From an uncultured Coxiellaceae bacterium (lineage in GTDB: Bacteria > Myxococcota_A > Polyangia > Polyangiales > Houyiibacteriaceae), in assembly GCA_964194675.1 (NCBI GenBank), contig CAXMND010000064.1, positions 33,809-97,808 on the forward strand: DNA of 64,000 nucleotides. Reading direction: 5' to 3'. The notes below the pieces were generated by a model. That model was not told where the DNA came from. It was given only the letters and a program-made list of their open reading frames with translations, and ran no database searches. Position 1 is the first letter of the stretch, and each line of letters opens with the position of its first letter. The translations under genes and the position numbers were made by a program. Below are positions 21,909 through 29,374 of the stretch, piece by piece.

Positions 21909-22448
21909 ATGGCAATCAAACGGCCACAACCGGAGCTGCTGCACCACATTCCTTTGAGGTTCGTTCGCGGCCGCGTTGCCGGGCACGGGCGAAAGGCAGT
22001 CGACCATCAGATTCCGCTGATTCCGTTCATCGACTTCTTGATCGTTCTCGTGATTTTCCTGCTCATGTCGTTCTCGGCGTCCGGTGAGCTGGTTGCGCAG
22101 CAGCCGACCATCTCCATGCCGGAGGCGGCGAACACCACGCGGATCGAGATCTCGCCGATCGTGGCGATCGATAGTCGCGTGATCACACTCGACGGCTCGC
22201 GCGTTGCAGACACGCAGACTCTGGGCGCCATCGCTCAGGTCGATCGCATCGAGCCGCTGATCCAGGGGCTCGAGGCGGAAAAGCGCAAGTGGGAGACCAT
22301 CCATCCTTCGGAGCCTTTCGCCGGGCAGGTCATCGTCCAGGCGGACCGCGACATCGACTTCCGAGTCGTGAAGAAGGTGATGTTCTCAGCTGCTTCTGCG
22401 GGCTACGGCAACGTCAGCTTCGCGGTCAATCAGCGCGAAATGCAGTAG
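21909..22448 (+). CDS. ExbD/TolR-family biopolymer transport protein
   Basis: QIPLIPFIDFLIVLVIFLLM contains the conserved TM Asp. ...VIVQADRDIDFRVVKKVMFSAASAGY is a typical ExbD C-terminal domain. Confidence 0.85.
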   Translation: MAIKRPQPELLHHIPLRFVRGRVAGHGRKAVDHQIPLIPFIDFLIVLVIFLLMSFSASGELVAQQPTISMPEAANTTRIEISPIVAIDSRVITLDGSRVADTQTLGAIAQVDRIEPLIQGLEAEKRKWETIHPSEPFAGQVIVQADRDIDFRVVKKVMFSAASAGYGNVSFAVNQREMQ

Positions 22449-22458
22449 TCTTCCGATC

Positions 22459-23325
22459 ATGGAGCCTGCCGAGCTCACTCCTGCCGAGTTCGAAGGCGGT
22501 CACGAGAACCGATACCGGCCGCGATTGCCGTGGAAGCGTATCGGCTTTTTGCTTGCGCTCGTGGGGCTGATCGTCGGCGGCTACTTCTGGCGCCAAAAGG
22601 TACGCGCCGACGAGCTCCGAGAGCGGATATACGGCCAGCACGCGCAGCAAGTGGCTCCGACGCTCGACGCGTTCGAGGCTACTGGAATCGACTTGAGACA
22701 AAAGGCGCTGTCGGCCAAATCTGGGGCCGCCGATCGACTGGTCGAAGCCGACGTGGTGCTTTCGGCGCTGCACGACGAGAAGATCTTCTACCTGAAGGTG
22801 CTCGCTACCGACCTCGCCTCCGAGGCGGCGCTCCAAATCGCGATCGACGCCGAGGAGGAAGACGCGATTGGTCCTTGCCTCGGCCTCGAGCTGATCGAGC
22901 TCTCCGCGCTTTCGGACGTGCCCGAGGTCCTGACGAAGAAGTGGCTGGCCGGCGCTGAGGAGACCAACGACATGATGCGTCTCAGCGTTCGCGAGGAACA
23001 GCTCACGCGCGCGATCGAACGGGAACTCCCGGCGCTAGCCGAGCTGGTGCCTGCCGAGTATTTCCTTCTGCTGGTCGTTCAAGGTCACAGCCGCTTTCGC
23101 GACCCCGTCGATGTGTTTCTCTGGGACCTTGACGAAGACCGGCTCGTGCTTCGCTCACGGACGGAGAACCGCGGGCGGCTGATCACGGTGCTGAGTCAGA
23201 TCGGGCCCGAGACAGACAGAGCGCGCGCCAAGGGAGACCCGATCGTCACCGCCGATTGCTCGATCGCGGCGCACATCAAGGGACAGCTCGGGGAGCCGAC
23301 GATGGACCTGGCATCGTCGGACTGA
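22459..23325 (+). CDS. Single-pass membrane-anchored hypothetical protein at the end of the exbB-exbD-exbD cluster
   Basis: 10 nt after exbD. One TM (IGFLLALVGLIVGGYFW), then ~240 aa of predicted periplasmic sequence. No TonB/TolA motifs were recognised. Confidence 0.5.
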   Translation: MEPAELTPAEFEGGHENRYRPRLPWKRIGFLLALVGLIVGGYFWRQKVRADELRERIYGQHAQQVAPTLDAFEATGIDLRQKALSAKSGAADRLVEADVVLSALHDEKIFYLKVLATDLASEAALQIAIDAEEEDAIGPCLGLELIELSALSDVPEVLTKKWLAGAEETNDMMRLSVREEQLTRAIERELPALAELVPAEYFLLLVVQGHSRFRDPVDVFLWDLDEDRLVLRSRTENRGRLITVLSQIGPETDRARAKGDPIVTADCSIAAHIKGQLGEPTMDLASSD

Positions 23326-25564
23326 CCTGCCCGGTTTGCGCATACTCGATTCGCTCAATCCAGTGTTGCGCTTCAGCCGATGCCGCGGGGCTGATCGATT
23401 TTCGTCGCTGCCAAACCTCTTGCGATTCGGCGTATGAGCCTTCGGCGAAGTAAACGATCCCCAGCATGTGGCTCAGCTCGCGTTCTAACCGCTCGGTGGG
23501 AAGCCCACGCACCTCGGCTTCCTGCAGCAGCGGCAGCGCCAGGGCGAACCGTTCTTGAAACATCAATTGCCTTGCTTCGAGGTATTGCCCGAGCCCATCG
23601 GTTCTCGCGTTGGCCAGTTCTTGCGCCACGTGGACCGCCACCGGCGACGATGGCGGCTCGATCAGCATTTCGTACACGAGCGCCTGCTCCTCCGGGCTCC
23701 CGGCAAGGGCGAGCTTCTTTACTTCGCTTTGCCTGGCCGGCCCGTCGGTGCGTGGAATCCCGAGAAGCTCGTCGTAGAGCGCCGCTGCCTCTTCGAGATT
23801 GCCCAATGTCCAGCACGCGTCTGCGTACTGCTCGAGGGCCGCCGCGACGATGGGCTTGGGCGCGTTTATAGCTGCACGTAGGGTATCGAGCTCGGCGCGG
23901 GCTTCGGCTTCGTTTCCGGTCCTCGCTAGCGCGCCGACCAGCGACGCATGCGCCTGGGGCTCGTTCTCTTCGATGCTCAGGATCGCACGGCAAGTTTCGA
24001 TCGTCCGCGTGTCATCGCGCGCCGCGGCGTCGCCGGCCAGATCGGCGCGAAGCTTTGCGAGGCGATGCGGGCATACCGAGGTGAAAATGCTCGACTGCGC
24101 AAGGGCCACCTCGGCGATTCCACGCTCGTGATCTGTGATGGGCACCTCGGAAAGGTATGCGCGCCACTCCGTTTCGAGGGCGTCGAGGTCTTCGATCGAA
24201 CCGTTGTGGTAGCCGCGTAGGAATGCGCCGGTACCACGGGTCGCGATCAGAAAACGCGTGAGAGAGCCCGCGGCCATGTACGCGCGCCTGGGCGGGAGAG
24301 TGCTGAACCCAAGGCTCATCAAACCGCTTGCGGGCGGCAACTCGTCACGATCGAGCATGATCCGTGACCACTGATCGGGATCCATGTCGTCGCGTAGGTC
24401 CCAGGCGAGCGCGACTGCCGCTCCTTCGACGATGCCGGGGTTGGGTAGCAGGCCCCCGAAGCTTCCGGCGACCGAGAAAGGCCCTTGGGCCGCGTCCTTG
24501 AGCACCGCATGGGCGATCTCGTGTCCGAGCACGGGGTGCGGCCAGCCACCGGCCTGCAGATAGACCTCGTTCCTCCAGGGCTTGGCGATCAAGGTTCGTC
24601 CCACGCCGATCAGCGTCTTCTTCTCATTCCGATTCCTGAAGAAATAGGCGGTCACCGGTTCGGTAGATTCGAGGCCGAGCAAACTCCGCGTCCTCGTGAC
24701 TTGGAAGTCACAATCTTCGACGAGGCGCCGTGCGACCGCGGGGGGTGTCTCCCGTGGCATGTGGACCATGCAGTGCTTTCCGGCATCGCTCTTCCCGAGC
24801 TGCTCGGAGAGGTAGTCGGCAGTGATCCACTGTCCGAGGTGATCGCCGACTCCATAGGCACCCGCAACGAGCCCCAGCATGGCGAGGCCCACGACGATAG
24901 TGCCGAAACGGTGTCGCCAGCCGCGTCCCGCATCGAGGAGCTCAGAGGCTCGGTCCCAAAGCGCGTCGAAGAGCAGCACCAGTGCGACGATCGCCAGCAA
25001 GGTGACAGCTCGGTAGGTGATGTAGCGCGTCGGGACTGGAACGAGGTCGTCGTAGATCGCGCCAGGGAAGTACCCGGCGAACGCTCCGAAGACATGAACC
25101 GTCGGTGTCGCGTAGAAAGCCCAAAGGCCCCATAAAAGACCGCCGATGGGTACCGCGGCCGCCGCCCACGGAGACCAACGCGAGCCCCGCAAGAGGGCCG
25201 CTGTCCAGACGCCGGTGACCGCTGCCAGTGCGCATCCGATCGCCGGGCCGAGCACCATGAATGCAAGGCCTTCCCAAGGCGCACACTGACGCACCCGAAG
25301 CGAGTTCAGCGCGAGAATCGCGACGGGGATGAGCCAAATGGTGAGGCCACCGCCGATCGCGCGAGACATCACGTCGATGCCACGCACCGAGCCCTCTCGG
25401 CGTTGGTAGTTGGCGGCGGCGGCAGCGACCCAGGGTGGGAGAACGATGCCCAACGCGAGAGCGCTTTCGACGCCGTGCACGCCGAGCAATGGGTTGAAGG
25501 CCAGCGCGGTGCCGGTGACGGCTCCAACCAAAGCGGACAGCCAAGACGTAAGCAGCGTCGTCAC
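23276..25564 (-). CDS. Polytopic membrane protein with HExxH metalloprotease-like core and C-terminal TPR region
   Basis: 762 aa. ~270 aa of TM helices, then ...HPVLGHEIAHAVL... (HExxH), then TPR-like helical repeats (...EEAAALYDELLGI..., ...GSYAESQEVWQR...). It starts 3 nt after the lon stop. Confidence 0.55.
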   Translation of the reverse strand: MTTLLTSWLSALVGAVTGTALAFNPLLGVHGVESALALGIVLPPWVAAAAANYQRREGSVRGIDVMSRAIGGGLTIWLIPVAILALNSLRVRQCAPWEGLAFMVLGPAIGCALAAVTGVWTAALLRGSRWSPWAAAAVPIGGLLWGLWAFYATPTVHVFGAFAGYFPGAIYDDLVPVPTRYITYRAVTLLAIVALVLLFDALWDRASELLDAGRGWRHRFGTIVVGLAMLGLVAGAYGVGDHLGQWITADYLSEQLGKSDAGKHCMVHMPRETPPAVARRLVEDCDFQVTRTRSLLGLESTEPVTAYFFRNRNEKKTLIGVGRTLIAKPWRNEVYLQAGGWPHPVLGHEIAHAVLKDAAQGPFSVAGSFGGLLPNPGIVEGAAVALAWDLRDDMDPDQWSRIMLDRDELPPASGLMSLGFSTLPPRRAYMAAGSLTRFLIATRGTGAFLRGYHNGSIEDLDALETEWRAYLSEVPITDHERGIAEVALAQSSIFTSVCPHRLAKLRADLAGDAAARDDTRTIETCRAILSIEENEPQAHASLVGALARTGNEAEARAELDTLRAAINAPKPIVAAALEQYADACWTLGNLEEAAALYDELLGIPRTDGPARQSEVKKLALAGSPEEQALVYEMLIEPPSSPVAVHVAQELANARTDGLGQYLEARQLMFQERFALALPLLQEAEVRGLPTERLERELSHMLGIVYFAEGSYAESQEVWQRRKSISPAASAEAQHWIERIEYAQTGQVSPTMPGPSSAPRAVP

Positions 25565-25567
25565 GGA

Positions 25568-27928
25568 CTATTCAGCGGCCGCCGGGGTGGTCGTGGGGCC
25601 GGGAGCCGCGACGAGACCGAGTATTTCGTCCACACGGGACACGAGGCAGATCTCGATGCTTTCGCGAATCTCGTCGGGGATTTCCTCGAGGTCCGGCTCG
25701 TTGCGTTTCGGCAAAAGGATCCGCTTCACGCCCGCGCGATGGGCTGCGAGACACTTTTCTTTGATCCCGCCGACCTTGAGGATGTTGCCGCGGAGGGTGA
25801 TCTCACCGCTCATCGCTACGTCAGGCCGCACATTGAGCTCGGTGAGCACCGAAGCCAATGCCACGTAGAGTGGGACTCCTGCCGAGGCGCCGTCTTTCGG
25901 AATTGCCCCTGCCGGCAAGTGGATGTGAATGTCGGTGCGGCTGACGAAATCTTCCGTAAGTCCGAGCTCTTCGGTCCGTGTGCGGACGAAAGTGAACGCC
26001 GCGGCGGCCGATTCCTTCAGGACGTCGCCCATGTTGCCGGTCAGGTGAAGTTTGCCGGTCCCCGGCATTCGGGTGGCCTCGACGAACAGCAGGTCGCCTC
26101 CGGACGGCGTCCACGCCAAGCCGGTTGCGACCCCGGGGCGAGCCGTCCGTTCGGGCTGTTGTCGGTGTGCTTTGGGGGCACCCAAGACCTCCTCGATGAA
26201 GGGCGGATCGGCCATGATCGATACGTCCTCTCCGTTGGCAAGGCGCACGGCCACCGCGCGGCACACCGCCGCGGCCTGTTGCTCGAGCTTTCGAACTCCC
26301 GCTTCATGGGTGTACGAATCGACCATCACGTCGATGGCTTCGTCTGAGAAGTCGAGCCGTTCGATCGACAGGCCGTGCTCATGGAGCTGCCTCGGGATCA
26401 AGAAGTCACGCGCGATCGAGCGCTTTTCGCGAGGCGTGTAGCCAGGAATCTCGATGACCTCCATTCGATCGAGGAGCGGAGCTGGAATCGTGCTCTGCTG
26501 ATTGGCGGTTGCGATGAACATCACCTTACTGAGGTCGAAGACCGCATCGATGTAGTGGTCGATGAACTGATGGTTTTGCTCCGGGTCGAGTACCTCGAGG
26601 AGCGCGCTCGACGGGTCGCCGAGCTGGTCCATGCCGAGCTTGTCGATCTCGTCGAGGACCATCACCGGGTTGTTCGCACCGGCTTTCTTGAGGCCTGAGA
26701 TGATGCGCCCAGGGAACGAGCCCACGTATGTGCGTAGATGTCCCCGAATCTCGGCTTCGTCGTAGACGCCTCCCAGCGATACTCGGATGAACTGCCTGCC
26801 GGAGGCTCGCGCGATCGATCGCCCCAGAGATGTCTTGCCGACTCCAGGGGGGCCGACGAAACACAGAATTGGAGCGCGGCCGTCCCGCCGGAGTTTCCGG
26901 ACAGCGACGTACTCGATGATGCGCTTCTTTGGCTTTTCGAGGCCGTAGTGATCTTCGTCGAGCACAGTCCGAGCCTGCATCACGTCTAGGCGGTCTGGCG
27001 TGGACTTCTTCCAAGGGAGATCTGCAAGCCATTCGACATACGAGTGAGCGACCTGGTATTCGCTGCTCGCTGTGTTCATATCGCTCATCCGGCGCAGCTC
27101 TCGCTTGGCCGACTGTTCGGCGTCGGAAGGGAGACCTGCGAGAGCGATGCGCTCCCTAAGATCTTCAATATCGTCCTCATCGATGGTTTCACCGAGCTCG
27201 CGGCGAATGTCCTTGATCTGCTGCCGGAGCAGATACTCCTTTTGGGAGCTCGACATTTCTTCCTCGACCATCGTCGAGATTTCTTGCTTCACCCGCAGCA
27301 CTTCGTTCTGGCGCTGGACTTGGTCGAGCACTTTTCGGATGCGCTCGCGGACGTCGAGGGTCTCGAGCACCTCCTGCTTGGATTCGTTCGACACCGGGAG
27401 GTTCGACTCGATCAGGTCTGCGAGGGCGCCTGGCTCTCGTACGTTGTCGAGGATGTGAAGCGACTCGCGCGACGCCGTGGGCAGCTCATTGAGGAGCCGA
27501 CGCGCAGACTCACGCAGGTGCGCCGAAAGTGCTTCGATCTCGACGTCGACGACCGGGGCTTCGTGGTACCGCTGCACACGGGCTCGCATCGTCGGGTGGC
27601 GCCCGAGGGGCTCCTCGATGCGCATCCGGCTGACACCTTGGAGCACGACGCTGTACTGCCCGGAGTTCAAGCGGATCACCTTTAGGACTCGTGCGATCGT
27701 GCCCGTCTGATAGACCTGCTCGAACGTGGGGTCCTCGACCTCGGGTTTGTGTTGGGTGACGACCCCAATGGCGGGCCGCTCGCGGCCACAGGCTTCCTCG
27801 ATCAGGCGAACCGAGCGCGCGCGGCCCACGTTGACAGGTACGACCGTGGCCGGAAACAGCACCGAGTTTCGAAGCGGCAGAATCGGTAGTATGGGTTCGG
27901 CGCCCGCGGGAAAGATCGAATCGGACAT
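25568..27928 (-). CDS. lon: ATP-dependent Lon protease
   Basis: The N-domain begins LPILPLRNSVLFP. Walker A is GPPGVGKTS. The protease domain carries the catalytic-Ser motif PKDGASAG. 786 aa. Confidence 0.97.
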   Translation of the reverse strand: MSDSIFPAGAEPILPILPLRNSVLFPATVVPVNVGRARSVRLIEEACGRERPAIGVVTQHKPEVEDPTFEQVYQTGTIARVLKVIRLNSGQYSVVLQGVSRMRIEEPLGRHPTMRARVQRYHEAPVVDVEIEALSAHLRESARRLLNELPTASRESLHILDNVREPGALADLIESNLPVSNESKQEVLETLDVRERIRKVLDQVQRQNEVLRVKQEISTMVEEEMSSSQKEYLLRQQIKDIRRELGETIDEDDIEDLRERIALAGLPSDAEQSAKRELRRMSDMNTASSEYQVAHSYVEWLADLPWKKSTPDRLDVMQARTVLDEDHYGLEKPKKRIIEYVAVRKLRRDGRAPILCFVGPPGVGKTSLGRSIARASGRQFIRVSLGGVYDEAEIRGHLRTYVGSFPGRIISGLKKAGANNPVMVLDEIDKLGMDQLGDPSSALLEVLDPEQNHQFIDHYIDAVFDLSKVMFIATANQQSTIPAPLLDRMEVIEIPGYTPREKRSIARDFLIPRQLHEHGLSIERLDFSDEAIDVMVDSYTHEAGVRKLEQQAAAVCRAVAVRLANGEDVSIMADPPFIEEVLGAPKAHRQQPERTARPGVATGLAWTPSGGDLLFVEATRMPGTGKLHLTGNMGDVLKESAAAAFTFVRTRTEELGLTEDFVSRTDIHIHLPAGAIPKDGASAGVPLYVALASVLTELNVRPDVAMSGEITLRGNILKVGGIKEKCLAAHRAGVKRILLPKRNEPDLEEIPDEIRESIEICLVSRVDEILGLVAAPGPTTTPAAAE

Positions 27929-28178
27929 TAGATTTGCCTAACAATATTCGAGATGTACGATGCCAGCAACGCGCCGCCGCGGTCGGGTAGCGCGGGGAAC
28001 CGGGGGCTGGTATCAATCGGGCGCCCAAGATGCTGAGAAGGAAGCTAGAGAGGGGTGTGGGTGTGCTCGGTTTGGCGGTGCTCGGCGGCTGTCATGGCGG
28101 GATTGCGCTCAACGCAATTGTACTGCTGATTACGCTCGGTATCTTCATGGGCACGATCTTGATGGATCGATCCTAGCC

Positions 28179-29231
28179 GTGGCTGCCCCCGAACTTCGAA
28201 ACCTGAGCGATTTCACCTTGGCCGACCTAGAGGCCATCCGTGTGCTCTTGCGGGGTGGCTCGGTCGTCGACTGGCATCGGCTCAACTTTGGGGACGAGAA
28301 CGAGGCCCGGGACTTCGTTTCCACACATGAGGTCGACCTCAACGACCCTCAGGACCATGCTCGCGTCGAGCAGATCAAAGAATCGGCGATCGAATACCTT
28401 CGACGCCACTTCGACTTTCCCGTGCCTAAGCCGGTCGCCAAGAAGGATTTGGTGGGGCTTTTGATGCTGGCCTCGTCGAAGGGACATCGGCAGATCTGTG
28501 CATGCGCGATTTTGAAGGTGATGCACATCATCTATCATCTCGAAGCGCGGGAGTTGATGTTCCTGTTGCCGGTAGCCGACGAAGAGATTTTCCATCTCGT
28601 CGAGCACAAGGTTTACCAGGTGATGGGGGCCGCGCTCGCAAATGACTTTCCGATCTTGGAATTCATCGGAGGGCGAAAGAACAAGGACTCGCTTTACACG
28701 AAACTTCTCTCGAAGTCCGACGTGAGCGCGGTACAGATCTACGACAAAGTTCGCTTTCGAATCGTTACGCGCTCGGCAGGCGACATCTTTCCAGTGCTCA
28801 ACTACGTTCAGCGCACCGTCGTACCCTTCAACTTCATCATCCCGGGGCAGTCGATCAACACTCTTCTAAGGTTTCACGAGTATTGCTGCTCGGAACCCTC
28901 GCTCGACAAGCTCGTGCCTTTCTTGCAGCTACCGCTCGACATCGAGGACGGGCTGTCGTCCATCGACAACCGATTCACCGCACCGAGTTATCGCGTAGTG
29001 CACTTCGTAGCCGATGTTCCCGTTTGTGTGCCGCAGCGGGTGCTCGACGCGGCGCCGTCAGCAATCGCGAACCTCGGACGGATCATCTTCGTGCAGGCCG
29101 AATTCCAGCTGATCGATCGGGAGACAGATCAAACCAATGAAGCAGGTGATGCGAGCCACGCAAACTACAAAGAGCGGCAGAAGCTTGCGGTTATGCACCG
29201 GCTAAAGGTTGGCGGCTTCTCAAAGCCTTAG
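28179..29231 (+). CDS. Divergent RelA/SpoT-fold (nucleotide pyrophosphokinase-like) protein
   Basis: GGRKNKDSLYTKLLSK resembles G-R-x-K..S...K. IYDKVRFRIVT resembles the D-x-x-R beta strand. AEFQLIDRETDQTNEAGDASHANYKERQ resembles E-x-Q...H..YK. These elements occur in the order seen in RelA_SpoT synthetase domains. The maximal ORF starts at 27960, only 31 nt from the divergent lon start. There is no in-frame ATG, and GTG 28179 just precedes the conserved-looking LSDFTLADLEAIRVLLRGG. The start is uncertain. Confidence 0.5.
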   Translation: MAAPELRNLSDFTLADLEAIRVLLRGGSVVDWHRLNFGDENEARDFVSTHEVDLNDPQDHARVEQIKESAIEYLRRHFDFPVPKPVAKKDLVGLLMLASSKGHRQICACAILKVMHIIYHLEARELMFLLPVADEEIFHLVEHKVYQVMGAALANDFPILEFIGGRKNKDSLYTKLLSKSDVSAVQIYDKVRFRIVTRSAGDIFPVLNYVQRTVVPFNFIIPGQSINTLLRFHEYCCSEPSLDKLVPFLQLPLDIEDGLSSIDNRFTAPSYRVVHFVADVPVCVPQRVLDAAPSAIANLGRIIFVQAEFQLIDRETDQTNEAGDASHANYKERQKLAVMHRLKVGGFSKP

Positions 29232-29373
29232 TGTGCGGATCTTTTCGCTTGTGGTCGGCTTTCCTCCTCGCTGGCGCTACGCGCCGCTGCTACGCAGCCC
29301 TGCGAGGTACAGCAGTACCTCTCAGTCGCTCTCTGCGGGGGCGCTCGACCACAAACGAAAATCTCTCGCACAC
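29231..29373. terminator. Heavily structured convergent spacer (nested inverted repeats; bidirectional-terminator-like or MITE-like)
   Basis: The outer arms 29231-29257 (GTGTGCG GATC TTTTCGCTTGTGGTCG) and 29346-29373 (CGACCACAAACGAAAA TCTCT CGCACAC) pair over ~22 bp. Inside are GCTGC-TAC-GCAGC (29286-29298) and GAGGTAC-AGCA-GTACCTC (29304-29321). The arms abut both stop codons. Confidence 0.45.
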
Positions 29374-29374
29374 T

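Noticed and set aside
27960-28178. A 73-codon N-terminal extension of the RelA/SpoT-fold ORF
   Set aside because: It would start 31 nt from the divergent lon start codon and is Arg/Gly/Cys-rich with no conservation-like pattern. It is more likely promoter and leader DNA. The exact start remains uncertain.
27929-29231. A toxSAS-type toxin-antitoxin or defence module
   Set aside because: There is no small adjacent partner gene on either side, only lon and a structured spacer. The context looks chromosomal and housekeeping. I kept it as a finding about the protein only.
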